Shown piece by piece: positions 35,887 to 46,519 of a stretch of DNA of 64,000 bases. Each line of letters begins with the position of its first letter. The first letter of the stretch is position 1. Under the pieces are notes generated by a model that saw only the letters and a program-made list of their open reading frames with translations, was not told where the DNA came from and searched no databases. The translations under genes and the position numbers were made by a program. The DNA is taken from IMG/VR virus record IMGVR_UViG_3300049215_000529, positions 62,001-126,000 of that record; one strand, 5' to 3'.

Positions 35887-36476
35887 CAACTTGGTGGAAT
35901 AAAAATGTAGTAAATAGAATGTCTGACTTTGAGGGTTGGATTGGAGATTTTGATCAACCAACAAAACTATTTTGTAGAAAATATGTTGCTGCCACAGGTT
36001 ACAAATCAATTATTGATTGTGGTTGTGGACTTGCGACAGAATATTTTGGATATAAAAATGATCAGTATGATGTGGATTATACTGGATTAGATAGCTGTAC
36101 ATACTTAGTTGACAAGAACAAAAATCTTGGTATCAAGATGGTAGAGGCTGAGCTTGAAGTAAACTTGCCACTGAAAGACAGCTCTTATGAATGTGTATAT
36201 TGTCGTGGAGTTATAGAACACCTTTCCTATTATGAAAAAACTATTAATGAATTCATCAGAGCTGCTAAAAAGGAAGTTTTAATTGGTTGGTTTATTAAAC
36301 CAGATAATGCAGATGATAAAATAGATTATTGGGTCGAGGAAGATTTGTATCATAATAAATATAATAAAGACAAGTTAGAAAAATTCATTATGAGCAACCC
36401 TAAAGTTGATAGAATTTTTTGGGATGAAATTGATGAAAAAGAAAACGTTCTGCACATCATGATAAAGGAAGTATGA
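35883..36476 (+). CDS. class I SAM methyltransferase
   Basis: IDCGCG, YTGLD, GVIEHL. Confidence 0.8.
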   Translation: MTTWWNKNVVNRMSDFEGWIGDFDQPTKLFCRKYVAATGYKSIIDCGCGLATEYFGYKNDQYDVDYTGLDSCTYLVDKNKNLGIKMVEAELEVNLPLKDSSYECVYCRGVIEHLSYYEKTINEFIRAAKKEVLIGWFIKPDNADDKIDYWVEEDLYHNKYNKDKLEKFIMSNPKVDRIFWDEIDEKENVLHIMIKEV

Positions 36477-37543
36477 GATTTTTTAATATAGATCAACACG
36501 TTTCAGTAATTGCCGACCTTGCTCATATCTTTAAAGATTTTGGGCATGAGACGGATGACTGGACGCTATCTGGGCACAACTGGGTTTTGAATAAACCAAA
36601 AAATACAATTAGGCTAGGCACCAGTGCTCTCACATGTTCTGGTGTTTGCTCAGAAGAAGTTTGTGATATTTTTTATGAAACTTATAAAGAAGAGTTCAAA
36701 AAATACGACGCTTTTATTGCTTGTTATCCAGCAGAATTTGCAATGCTTTATGAAAGATGGAACAAGCCCATTATTGTAATCAACTGCATTAGATATCAGC
36801 ATCCCAATACTTTTGATAACCCACATCTAGTAAAAAGATTAGAAGATTTTATGGCTAGAAAAACTGCTGATGGAACATTATATTGGGTATGTAGTAATAG
36901 AGGCGATCAGTGGTATACAGAATATCATACTGGTATTAAGGGAACATTTATTCCTCATTGGGGAACTTACACGAATCTAAAATATACAGGAACAAAAGAT
37001 AAATATATAATAGCTAATAGAACTGAAATATCAGTCTCTGGCGATTTAGCTATTCCTCTTTCTTCAATAAGAGATTCTAATTGGAGATATACTTGGGAAA
37101 ATTTATATAGTTATAAGGGAGTAATTCATATCCCATATGCAAATTCCACGTCATCAATGCATGAACAGTATACTGCAAACGTTCCACAATTTTTTCCATC
37201 TAAACAATATTGTAAAGAGATTTACCATCAAGGTAAAGCATTAGAAGAATTAACATTCTATAAAATAAACAAAAAACAAGAGCCAGATGATATTAATAAT
37301 CCCAACAGTCTTCGCAATCCTGCCATTTTAGAAAAGTGGTTAGACACTTCAGACTATTATGATCCAAAAGGTTTTTTGAAATATATTCAGTATTATGATT
37401 CGCCTGCCCATCTAGATCATTTATTAAGAACAGTCAACGCACGTGAAATTAGTAATGATATGTCATTTGCTAATATTGCAAAAAAAGAATACGCATATTC
37501 TGAATGGAAAAAAATACTTGACAGTATTAAAAATAAAACCTAA
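36473..37543 (+). CDS. putative glycosyltransferase-like protein
   Basis: island context; YKGVIHIPY..SSMHEQYTANVPQFFPS resembles GT-B C-terminal lobes. Confidence 0.5.
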   Translation: MRFFNIDQHVSVIADLAHIFKDFGHETDDWTLSGHNWVLNKPKNTIRLGTSALTCSGVCSEEVCDIFYETYKEEFKKYDAFIACYPAEFAMLYERWNKPIIVINCIRYQHPNTFDNPHLVKRLEDFMARKTADGTLYWVCSNRGDQWYTEYHTGIKGTFIPHWGTYTNLKYTGTKDKYIIANRTEISVSGDLAIPLSSIRDSNWRYTWENLYSYKGVIHIPYANSTSSMHEQYTANVPQFFPSKQYCKEIYHQGKALEELTFYKINKKQEPDDINNPNSLRNPAILEKWLDTSDYYDPKGFLKYIQYYDSPAHLDHLLRTVNAREISNDMSFANIAKKEYAYSEWKKILDSIKNKT

Positions 37544-37557
37544 TTAATGGAACTAAT

Positions 37558-38334
37558 ATGAAAATCTCTTTATTTTCTTTTGCCGTAAATGAAAAATTTC
37601 CAATTGATATTGCACACAGGCAATTCAAAAAATATATGAAGGAAGATTTTGAGTTTATTTTATTTAATGATGCCATGGATGTTCAATCAGAACAAAATAT
37701 TAATATGATTTGTTCATATAACAATATAAAATGTGTAAGGGTACCTCAACATATTCATAGAGTACAAAATCCTTCGGAGGGATATGCTGCAACATTGAAT
37801 TGGGCAGTCCATGAGTACGCCCCACAAAATGGCTGCGAAATAATTGTTCTCCTTCATACGGACGTATTTCCAATTTGTGATGTTGTAGTTTCTGACATTA
37901 TTGGAGAGAACATTGTAGCAAGTACTAGTGAATTTAGAATTATGGATGGCAAAGGAGTTAATTATTTTTATCCAGCTTTAACAATGGTTAATATGAAGCG
38001 TCTTGCAAACCCTCATGAATTAGATTTTGGATTAGCTCCTGGATTAGATTGTGGTGGAAAAACTAAAGATTTTATCAAGTCCCATGAATCAGCAGTAAAA
38101 TTTTTGAACAATCATCAAATTTCGTACATGATTGCTATACTGACAGGGCAACCAATTGCAGAATATTTTTCGAATGATTTAGCAATTTGCAGATCACACG
38201 GTTTAAGTGCAGGTTGGGTTGCCGATGGATTTTATCACTATATGGCGGGCTCACAATGGAACAATGCAGAAAATCCAACTTTCGCTGCTGGACACAAATT
38301 AAGAATGGATCTGTTCTTAAATTATTTCTATTGA
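37558..38334 (+). CDS. putative GT-A fold glycosyltransferase-like protein
   Basis: FILFND, LLHTDVFP, LDCGG, FYHYMAGSQW. Confidence 0.5.
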   Translation: MKISLFSFAVNEKFPIDIAHRQFKKYMKEDFEFILFNDAMDVQSEQNINMICSYNNIKCVRVPQHIHRVQNPSEGYAATLNWAVHEYAPQNGCEIIVLLHTDVFPICDVVVSDIIGENIVASTSEFRIMDGKGVNYFYPALTMVNMKRLANPHELDFGLAPGLDCGGKTKDFIKSHESAVKFLNNHQISYMIAILTGQPIAEYFSNDLAICRSHGLSAGWVADGFYHYMAGSQWNNAENPTFAAGHKLRMDLFLNYFY

Positions 38335-38337
38335 TAT

Positions 38338-38915
38338 TTATTTCTTCAATAAATGGGCTAATCCGGTAGTAGCATTAATAACATCAACAATTTCCCAGCC
38401 GTCAAAGCTTTTCTTTTCCAGATATTGCTTGACAAATGTTCCGCGCCCGCCATCAACGGTCCAATCATGCAATAGAACATTAGTTCCAGGCTTTACTTTT
38501 GCCTCTAAGATTTTAAATGATTGTAAGTTTTCAGAAATATCTGGATACAGTTCTGCAGGAAATGGCAGCTTTGCATCCCATGTTTCATCTCCCCATCTAA
38601 AAATATTACAACACTATTATCTTCAAAGTTGTATCTCTTAGTAGCATTGATAAAATCTTCGTTAAATAATGAAATGTATGGTTTGTATACTGACTGCTCA
38701 TAAAAATTATTTGCACACTCCCAGTATGGAGTATAAGTTTCATAGGTGTGAAGTTGCCCTGCTTTATTTTCAAATAGAGCTTTTACTAAAAATAAAGTGC
38801 TTCCGCCACCCTGCCAAGTTCCACTTTCTATAACTAAATTTGGCTTTAAAGAAACGACCAAATTAAATAGATAGTCTCTTTCAACATTGCTGAGTTGCCC
38901 GTCTGGTATTTGCAT
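38338..38915 (-). pseudogene. class I methyltransferase (Methyltransf_24-like) with 1-nt frameshift
   Basis: VIESGTWQGGGST...FLDG; one extra G in the G4 run (38591-38594) gives GDETW...VLLHDW...LLKK stop. Confidence 0.75.
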
Positions 38916-38926
38916 AAATATCTCCT

Positions 38927-39739
38927 TTAAATCCCTGGGGCATCCAAAACAATTCCCTTTTCGCGAGCGTAGTTTCTTACTACTTCTAGGGCTCGCGGCG
39001 GAATGTGTTCTGTAATTCCTCCAATAAGAACTGGATGGGTTTGTCTGCAGTGAGCACAATGGAAAGCATTCATTGAATTAGCCTCTCTAAAAGAAAGACC
39101 TGGAACTGGTTCATCCCACTCTTGATAGGAAGGTATGGGGGCACGATGACCGTCCTCACCAAAATAACCATTAACTAATAGTTGTCCCTGATTATTATAT
39201 TGAGGATTTCCAAAATGAACTAGTAAATTATGCGTAACATTTGGATAGATCTTTTCAGCTAAAAATCCCTGATCATATGTGCCGGTTTTGCAGAATTCTT
39301 CCACCAAATCTTTCATCTCTGGAAGCATATAATTTCGAACGCCCCACATGCCGCCCATTATTTTTTGGCTGTGATAGCAATGATCTCTGATGATATGGAA
39401 ACTTCTATCACCTTCGAGCCACTGATCAACACACACTTTCTCTCTGACAGAAACCCAAGAGTCTGCATCTCTAGAGATCATAACTGTGTCGTATTCAGAA
39501 GCTGGCAAGAATCTCCATAGCATAGCCTCACTTCCACGATGATGCGGCATAACTACAACTTCAACATGTTCAAATGTTCTAAGAAGTTGTTCTATGCTTG
39601 GTGGTACAGTATCATCAATGTAAAATCTGGCAACCCAGCCGGGATAAATTTGTGGAATTAAAAGGCAGTTAATAATTGCGTTGATGCAATCTTTCGGACG
39701 GTTATTGTACAGCGAGTAGCTTACTATCTTCTTCATCAT
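38927..39739 (-). CDS. putative glycosyltransferase-like protein
   Basis: KKIVSYSLY, IYPGWVARFY, WRFL, SRDADS, RDH, IMGGMWG, DQGFL. Confidence 0.65.
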   Translation of the reverse strand: MMKKIVSYSLYNNRPKDCINAIINCLLIPQIYPGWVARFYIDDTVPPSIEQLLRTFEHVEVVVMPHHRGSEAMLWRFLPASEYDTVMISRDADSWVSVREKVCVDQWLEGDRSFHIIRDHCYHSQKIMGGMWGVRNYMLPEMKDLVEEFCKTGTYDQGFLAEKIYPNVTHNLLVHFGNPQYNNQGQLLVNGYFGEDGHRAPIPSYQEWDEPVPGLSFREANSMNAFHCAHCRQTHPVLIGGITEHIPPRALEVVRNYAREKGIVLDAPGI

Positions 39740-39773
39740 ACTAATAAGGTTATATTGATATGGTGAGGCATAA

Positions 39774-40673
39774 ATGAGCAAGGGAAAAATTGGTATTTTT
39801 TGTGGTGAACAGCATGGTGATATTGGACTCTGTACAGCTGTTTTAAAATATAAAGATGTGTTGTGGCCAGATAAAGATATCGTATGGTTTGCCAATTTAG
39901 CTCCTGAAAAAGCTACTTATGTAGACATGCTTAAATTCAATGATGCAATTTCTGAAATTAGACAACAACCTCCAATTTGGTTTAGAGATATAATCGATAG
40001 GGACGGGCATCTTCTTCCAGAAAAAATGACAGATTTCGAGCAAACAAAAGACTTAGATGCAGGCTATTATCCAGCCCCATGGGCAGTGTTACCTAATCCA
40101 AAATTAGATAGTGTAAACTATTCAAACATACCTAGAATGGTTTGTGGAGCCGATCCTTCGTGGGAATGGCATTCATATTTAGGATTTTCTGATGAAGAAA
40201 GAGAAATGGCTAAAGATTTTTATGCCAGTTTGCCTCACGCAAAAACAGTTATGCTGGAAACCGAGTTAAGATCGGCTGGCAATTTTCAATTATTTGAAGA
40301 TTCAACTAGAAATATAATTCACCAATGTCGAAGCAAATTTGGCAAATGCAACTTCATTTTTGCTAGCAAAGTTGATCATACAAAGTTTGCAGATGACATA
40401 GGCGTTGTTTCTGGATCACAATTTACAGTTAGACAAACTGCACTGTTACATGCTCAATGTGATTTGTTCATCGGAGTAAGTAGCGGCATCACAGTTGCTG
40501 CAAATTGCTGGGGCAATAAGCCAGTTCCTAGGGTTGAATTTTGTGGATCTACTATCGTAAGCTCAATAATGGCTCATGGTCCAGTTAACAGCTTCATTTG
40601 TGACAACCTTACCGTAGAACAAAAGAAGGCAGGGCTAGAGCGCACCTTGGCGGATACCTTAAGTAGAATTTAA
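39774..40673 (+). CDS. putative GT-B (GT9-like) protein
   Basis: HGDIGLC, CDLFIGVSSG. Confidence 0.5.
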   Translation: MSKGKIGIFCGEQHGDIGLCTAVLKYKDVLWPDKDIVWFANLAPEKATYVDMLKFNDAISEIRQQPPIWFRDIIDRDGHLLPEKMTDFEQTKDLDAGYYPAPWAVLPNPKLDSVNYSNIPRMVCGADPSWEWHSYLGFSDEEREMAKDFYASLPHAKTVMLETELRSAGNFQLFEDSTRNIIHQCRSKFGKCNFIFASKVDHTKFADDIGVVSGSQFTVRQTALLHAQCDLFIGVSSGITVAANCWGNKPVPRVEFCGSTIVSSIMAHGPVNSFICDNLTVEQKKAGLERTLADTLSRI

Positions 40674-40682
40674 GGAATTCTT

Positions 40683-41300
40683 ATGGTTAAGACTATTTGT
40701 ATATTTGGTGCAGGCGGTTTTGCTAGAGAAGTCTTTTGGCTCGCTAATCAGTGCGGCTGTGAGGTAGACGCTTTTATCGATGTGCAGGCAGGCAAAGACT
40801 ATTGTGGAGTAAAAGTAGAGGACGAGAATTATTTTGATCCCAACAAACATTTAGCTGTAGTTGCTGTTGGTAATCCGCGTATCCGCGAAATTATTGTAAA
40901 AAAAATTATTGACCACCATGGAGATAGTGTCTTCAAAACACTTATTCATCCCCGAGCTATTTTAATGGATCCCAATATTAGTATTGGCTCTGGTTCAGTT
41001 ATTTGTGCCAACTGTCTATTAACATGTGATATACAATTGGGGGCATTCTCACAGCTCAATTTAGCCACAACTATTGGTCACGATACTGTTACTGGAGATT
41101 TTTTTACTACCGCCCCAGGTGTTCACGTTAGTGGTCATGTGAAGACTGGTAACAGAGTGTATCTAGGCACCAACTCTTCAACCGTTGAAGATATTGCGAT
41201 CTGTAGCGATGTAACTATTGGTGCGGGCGCATGTGTGGTAAAAGATATTGCAGAAAGTGGAACTTATGTAGGTATACCTGCTAAGAAATTAAAGACATGA
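40683..41300 (+). CDS. NeuD/PglD-family sugar acetyltransferase
   Basis: IFGAGGFARE, VAVGNP, TLIHP, IGHD, hexapeptide repeats. Confidence 0.9.
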   Translation: MVKTICIFGAGGFAREVFWLANQCGCEVDAFIDVQAGKDYCGVKVEDENYFDPNKHLAVVAVGNPRIREIIVKKIIDHHGDSVFKTLIHPRAILMDPNISIGSGSVICANCLLTCDIQLGAFSQLNLATTIGHDTVTGDFFTTAPGVHVSGHVKTGNRVYLGTNSSTVEDIAICSDVTIGAGACVVKDIAESGTYVGIPAKKLKT

Positions 41301-42409
41301 TTCCAATTTATAAGCCATACTTGCCAAAATCTTCTTTAGCATATGCACATGAAGCCCTGGATTCTACCTGGATTTCTTCGCAAGGAAAATACATACAACT
41401 AGCACAAGAAGCGTTACAGGAGCTGCTTAATGCGCCTTATGTTATTTTATTAAATAATGGCACTAGTGCCTGCCATCTAGTGGCTAAGTGTTTAGCAACC
41501 AAACAAAATAAGAATGAAATTATAGTTCCAAACAACGTCTATGTGGCAGCTTGGAATGCCTTTTTATTTGATAGAGATTACAAAATCTTCACTGTGGATG
41601 CCGACCTCAACACTTGGAATTACAATCTAGATGAACTAGATAAATCCATTATCGCTCATCCAAATGCTGCAGTCCTAATAGTACATAATATTGGAAATAT
41701 TATTAATGTGCCTAAATTAAAAAGAAAATATCCTAATACATTATTTGTTGAAGATAATTGTGAAGGATTTTTAGGAACTTATGAAAATGTCTTTACCGGC
41801 ACTGCCTCTTATGCTTCTAGCATTTCTTTTTTTGGAAATAAAAACATAACTAGTGGTGAAGGTGGCGCCTTCATTACTAACGATGAAGATGTATGTCTTT
41901 TTGCAAAGTGTGTGCAAGGTCAAGGACAATCTGCTAAACGATTCATTCACGATGAGTTGGGTTATAACTACCGCATGACCAATATTCAAGCGGCTATTTT
42001 GTATGGACAGCTTGAAATTTTACCAACTATCTTAGACCTGAAACACAAGATATTTGATAGATATCGCACCGAATTTCAAGACCGCTCAGACATTTTTATT
42101 CAAAAGAATGCAGATAATACAAAAAATGCTAATTGGCATTTTGGCGTTAGAGTGCCGGGGCAAACAAGCTATGAAGTGGCTGAGTCATTTTTCAAACAAC
42201 GCAGCATTGAAATTAGACCAATGTTTTACCCTATGCATGCACACAAATATATTAGTGACATGGATTGCATACAACAAGAAGATTCGACTAATGCCGTTCT
42301 TCTTAACAAAGAGTGTTTTCTTCTTCCAAGTTATCCAGAATTAAAATCGGATGAACAGGACTATATATTAAAATCTGTTAACGATTATCTAAATTCTGGT
42401 AAAAGATAA
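41297..42409 (+). CDS. DegT/DnrJ/EryC1/StrS aminotransferase (perosamine-synthase-like)
   Basis: EDNCE, SFFGNKNITSGEGG, GYNYRMTNIQAA. Confidence 0.9.
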   Translation: MIPIYKPYLPKSSLAYAHEALDSTWISSQGKYIQLAQEALQELLNAPYVILLNNGTSACHLVAKCLATKQNKNEIIVPNNVYVAAWNAFLFDRDYKIFTVDADLNTWNYNLDELDKSIIAHPNAAVLIVHNIGNIINVPKLKRKYPNTLFVEDNCEGFLGTYENVFTGTASYASSISFFGNKNITSGEGGAFITNDEDVCLFAKCVQGQGQSAKRFIHDELGYNYRMTNIQAAILYGQLEILPTILDLKHKIFDRYRTEFQDRSDIFIQKNADNTKNANWHFGVRVPGQTSYEVAESFFKQRSIEIRPMFYPMHAHKYISDMDCIQQEDSTNAVLLNKECFLLPSYPELKSDEQDYILKSVNDYLNSGKR

Positions 42410-43023
42410 GTGTCAGCCCTCTTTTTCAACATCTCAACTATTTCATCAGGATATTGATTTGCTGCAGATATGCTGTTTATTTTGTTCATATCAAAAGCGG
42501 CAGGATCTATCCACCAATCTTCAAATGGAAGATTGGGACCCATACCACAACCAAGTGGCGCACATACGTCAGGAAATACTCGTACATAGCCATAGCTGTC
42601 CAAAATAGCGCGCTCCGCAATTCTAGCAGCGTCACCAATTCTATAAGCATCATGCTCTATAGTAATAGTAGTGAATCTGTAATCAGCTAGCGGTAATTGT
42701 TTAAGTGCATCTACACTGCTATCATCACAATCTAATGAAAGATAATCTATTCTAGACGGATATCCTAAAGATTGAAATACTTCTTTATAATTAACTTTAG
42801 TTGCATCCTCATTTACAAAGTGACATGTTCTTTCCTTATATTGTTCTGCATATTGTGGACCTATTTCTACACAAATACCTTTCCAATTATATAGGTGTTC
42901 TAGAAGCCAAGAATTATTTAGATTCTTAGCATCATTGCTGCCAATATCCAAATAGGTTCCATCTCGCTTAAAGCTTAACATATTCCAAACAAAACTCTCT
43001 TGCCATGCCTGTGATCCGCCCAT
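42385..43023 (-). CDS. FkbM-like methyltransferase
   Basis: SQAWQE, YLDIGS, NNSWLLE, IDYLSLD, TIEHD, EDWW. Confidence 0.75.
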   Translation of the reverse strand: MGGSQAWQESFVWNMLSFKRDGTYLDIGSNDAKNLNNSWLLEHLYNWKGICVEIGPQYAEQYKERTCHFVNEDATKVNYKEVFQSLGYPSRIDYLSLDCDDSSVDALKQLPLADYRFTTITIEHDAYRIGDAARIAERAILDSYGYVRVFPDVCAPLGCGMGPNLPFEDWWIDPAAFDMNKINSISAANQYPDEIVEMLKKRADTYLLPEFR

Positions 43024-43033
43024 GTGTTTTTCC

Positions 43034-44251
43034 TTATATTCCAATAATTTCAAACTGAGGACATGGTACAATGAATTTACCACCTGCCCTCAAAAAATCT
43101 ATTTCGCGCGCCACAAATTCATTAATAAAATGCCACGGTAATACCAGTAAATAGTCTGGTTTATTTTTTCGCATATCTTCTTCCGAATAAATCGGAATAT
43201 TGGTTCCGACAGTATGCAAGCCAAATTTGTATGGACTACGTTCTGCCACACCATCAATTACAGTATGATCTAATCCAAAATATTGGAGCAGTGTATTGCC
43301 CTTAGTCGAGGCACCATACGCCCATATAGTTTTACCTTTGGCTTTTTCAGATTTGACAAAATCAACCGTTTGTTCGCGGAGCGCATTAATTCTATCATAA
43401 AAATGCTTCCAAGTTAAAATAGAGTCTAGGTGCAAAGTATCTTCAAACGCAAGAAGTGAATTAACTCTAAATTCACAAACATCACGATATGGCTGTGTCG
43501 CAAAATGTTTAGGATTGGAGCCTTGCTTCATAATGTAAACACGAAATGAACCGCCGTTTATATCATTCAATTGACAGTCCATTATTTTAAAACCATGCTT
43601 TTCTAGTAAAGATTTTAAATTAAATAACGAGTAATAGTAAATATGTTCGTGGCAAATGTTGTCGAAAGCGAGCTGCTGCAACATAAGAGGAGTATAGCTT
43701 AGTTGCATTACCCAAAGACCATCGCAATCCAATACGTCATAAATATCTTCAATAAAAGCATCCGGATGTTCTAAATCATAGAACATAGCAATAGAGGTGA
43801 TTACCTTGGCTTTTTTATCACCAAATTTTGATTGTTTAAAAACGTCAGCACTAAAATAGTCTTGAATAATTAGATCGGCACGTTTTTCTGACTCTGCCTT
43901 GTAGGTATCATCGGCTGGATCAATTCCCACTTTGACAACATTTGGCAGAATAAAACTAAGAAGCGTACCATCATTACAGGCAATATCTATCCAAAGATCA
44001 TTATTTTGCAAACTTATTACGCCAGTAATGGACTCGACAATGCCTTTAAGTTCATTGGTCATGGTAGCATTGATGCCAGAGCGATACCAATATCTGCCAT
44101 ACATTGCCTCTTTAGGAGCCTGTTTTTCTAGGCGAACAGCCCCGTTATCATCGAGCAAAAGTTTCATTTCTACCTTATCAGCACGAGGAGAATCCTCTGC
44201 TTTTAAGAAGTCAGAAACATATAGCTCGCCCAAAGAAAACAATTCTTTCAT
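43034..44251 (-). CDS. NDP-sugar C-methyltransferase
   Basis: YWYRSGIN, DIACNDG, CHEHIYYYS, YGASTKGNTLLQY, LPWHF. Confidence 0.88.
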   Translation of the reverse strand: MKELFSLGELYVSDFLKAEDSPRADKVEMKLLLDDNGAVRLEKQAPKEAMYGRYWYRSGINATMTNELKGIVESITGVISLQNNDLWIDIACNDGTLLSFILPNVVKVGIDPADDTYKAESEKRADLIIQDYFSADVFKQSKFGDKKAKVITSIAMFYDLEHPDAFIEDIYDVLDCDGLWVMQLSYTPLMLQQLAFDNICHEHIYYYSLFNLKSLLEKHGFKIMDCQLNDINGGSFRVYIMKQGSNPKHFATQPYRDVCEFRVNSLLAFEDTLHLDSILTWKHFYDRINALREQTVDFVKSEKAKGKTIWAYGASTKGNTLLQYFGLDHTVIDGVAERSPYKFGLHTVGTNIPIYSEEDMRKNKPDYLLVLPWHFINEFVAREIDFLRAGGKFIVPCPQFEIIGI

Positions 44252-44511
44252 TATTTTTCCTTGCCATACATCTTATTTTTTCCCTGACCATATAGCTTTT
44301 GAACGGTTCCATTCTTTACCATATCATTTAGACATTCATCAATCTCCTGTATTAAATCATTTCTTTGTTGATTTGCTACATTAGTAAGGCGAGTTGCATC
44401 AGCAATTTGTTTATCAGTAGCATTTGGATCACGTTTAATATCTTCTGCCATCCAAATTCTAATATTTACAATGGTCAATTGGTCAATTAGGTTGCCTATG
44501 GTAACTTTCAT
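44251..44511 (-). CDS. small helical hypothetical protein
   Basis: TIGNLIDQLTIVNIRIW..ED...NQQRNDLIQEID. Confidence 0.7.
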   Translation of the reverse strand: MKVTIGNLIDQLTIVNIRIWMAEDIKRDPNATDKQIADATRLTNVANQQRNDLIQEIDECLNDMVKNGTVQKLYGQGKNKMYGKEK

Positions 44512-44579
44512 GTTATGTCCTTTACATCGAAAATGTGGATATATACATAGATAGCAAGCTATTGAAATTGAGGCATTAA

Positions 44580-45497
44580 ATGAGTATTTGTTTAGTTACT
44601 GGTGGAGCGGGATTCATTGGTAGTCATATTGTTGACTCTCTCATTGATAAGGGTCATCAGGTAGTAATTATAGACAATCTTGTTACTGGAAATATCAAGA
44701 ATCTTAATCCTAGAGCTACCTTTTACCAGCAAAACGTCATCAATCCTCTAAATTATATTTTCGATAAATTCAAATTTGATTATGTTTTTCATTTAGCTGC
44801 ACAAATTAATCTAAGACATTCCATCAAAGAACCGGCTGAAGACGCTCTAGCCAATGTAGTTGGCAGCCTCAACATCCTTGAAAATTGCGCGCGCGCTAAT
44901 GTAAAACGAGTCATCTTTTCTTCCACGGGCGGAGCCATCTATTCGCCCCATGAAATTTTACCATTTACCGAACAATCCCTGGCATATCCGGAGTCGCCTT
45001 ATGGCTTAGCAAAACAAACAGTAGAGAAGTATTTGGAAATTTTTCAAAAACTATATGGTCTACAATATACGGTATTAAGATACAGCAATGTTTTTGGTCC
45101 CCGTCAAGATAGCAAGGGTGAAGCTGGCGTCATCGCTATTTTCATCCAAAGAGCGCTTGCGGACGAAGATTTGACCATCTTTGGAGATGGAAAGCAGACC
45201 AGAGACTTTGTTTATGTGCAAGATGTAGTTCAGGCGAATATGTTAGCATTAGAGCAAGAACTGAATGGTACTTTTAATGTCAGCTCTAATTTACAATACA
45301 GTGTGAATGATGTTGCTCAAAAGATAGTTCAATATATTCCGACATCCTCTAAAATTGTTCATACAGCGCCTATTGTTGGAGAATTACTGTACACTCAATT
45401 AAGTGCCGAAAAATTAAAAGCCAGAGGGTGGAATAATTTCTGGTCTCTAGATAATGGAATAGTTGAAACGATCAAGTATTTTGATGATTTGATATAA
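44580..45497 (+). CDS. NAD-dependent epimerase/dehydratase (GalE-like SDR)
   Basis: VTGGAGFIGSH, HLAAQ, SSTGGAIY, YGLAK, LRYSNVFGPRQ. Confidence 0.9.
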   Translation: MSICLVTGGAGFIGSHIVDSLIDKGHQVVIIDNLVTGNIKNLNPRATFYQQNVINPLNYIFDKFKFDYVFHLAAQINLRHSIKEPAEDALANVVGSLNILENCARANVKRVIFSSTGGAIYSPHEILPFTEQSLAYPESPYGLAKQTVEKYLEIFQKLYGLQYTVLRYSNVFGPRQDSKGEAGVIAIFIQRALADEDLTIFGDGKQTRDFVYVQDVVQANMLALEQELNGTFNVSSNLQYSVNDVAQKIVQYIPTSSKIVHTAPIVGELLYTQLSAEKLKARGWNNFWSLDNGIVETIKYFDDLI

Positions 45498-45517
45498 TCA
45501 AGATAAAGGAATATTAA

Positions 45518-46519
45518 ATGGCACCTACGGCTTGCATTACTGGAATTACTGGACAAACTGGATCATATTTATGTGAATTACTCTTAGAAAAGGGATATCA
45601 GATATACGGTCTTAAAAGACGCAGCTCTTCATTTAATACAGAAAGATTAAATCATGTATATGAAGATCCACATGCTGATAGTAAACTAAAATTGGTTTAT
45701 GGTGATTTGTCTGACTTCTCTTCTTTATCTAGTTTAGTTGCTGAGGTGAAGCCTGATTTATTTTTTAATCTTGCAGCTCAAAGTCACGTGCGTGTTAGCT
45801 TTGATATTCCAGAGTATACGATGGATGTTACCGGAACTGGCGTAATAAGAGCGCTTGAAGCTATTCATAAGCACAGCCCTCAAACCAAATTTTTAACGGC
45901 ATCAAGCTCTGAAATGTTTGGTTCCACTCCTCCACCCCAAAGCGAGACCACACCATTTCATCCTCGCTCTCCATACGGAGTCGCCAAAGTGGCAGGCTTT
46001 TGGGCAACCACCAATTACCGCGAATCTTATGGAATGCATGCCTGTAATGCTATTTCTTTCAATCATGAATCTGGCAGGCGCGGAGAGACCTTCGTTACCC
46101 GTAAAATTACTATGGCAGCGACCAGAATCAAGCTTGGTTTACAAGACAAGCTCTATTTAGGAAATTTGGAAGCTAAGCGAGACTGGTCTCACGCCGCCGA
46201 TGTGGCTGATGCAATGTTTAAAATTATCACAGCGCCAGAGCCAGATGATTATGTGGTAGCCAGTGGCGAGATGCATTCAGTGCGCGAGTTTGCTGAAATG
46301 GTCTTCAACAAGCTTGATTTGGATTATTCTAAATATGTAGAATTTGACGCAAGATATTTGAGACCAGCCGAAGTTGATGCTTTGTGCGGGGATCCTACCA
46401 AATTAAAAACTAAATTAGGATGGCAGCCAAAGTATACCTTTGAACAGCTCGTCGATGAGATGATTGCTTCTGATATGGAACTGGCTCGTCAAGAAAAGAT
46501 CTTAAAGGACAACAAATGA
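45518..46519 (+). CDS. gmd: GDP-mannose 4,6-dehydratase
   Basis: [48 protein letters not shown]. Confidence 0.95.
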   Translation: MAPTACITGITGQTGSYLCELLLEKGYQIYGLKRRSSSFNTERLNHVYEDPHADSKLKLVYGDLSDFSSLSSLVAEVKPDLFFNLAAQSHVRVSFDIPEYTMDVTGTGVIRALEAIHKHSPQTKFLTASSSEMFGSTPPPQSETTPFHPRSPYGVAKVAGFWATTNYRESYGMHACNAISFNHESGRRGETFVTRKITMAATRIKLGLQDKLYLGNLEAKRDWSHAADVADAMFKIITAPEPDDYVVASGEMHSVREFAEMVFNKLDLDYSKYVEFDARYLRPAEVDALCGDPTKLKTKLGWQPKYTFEQLVDEMIASDMELARQEKILKDNK

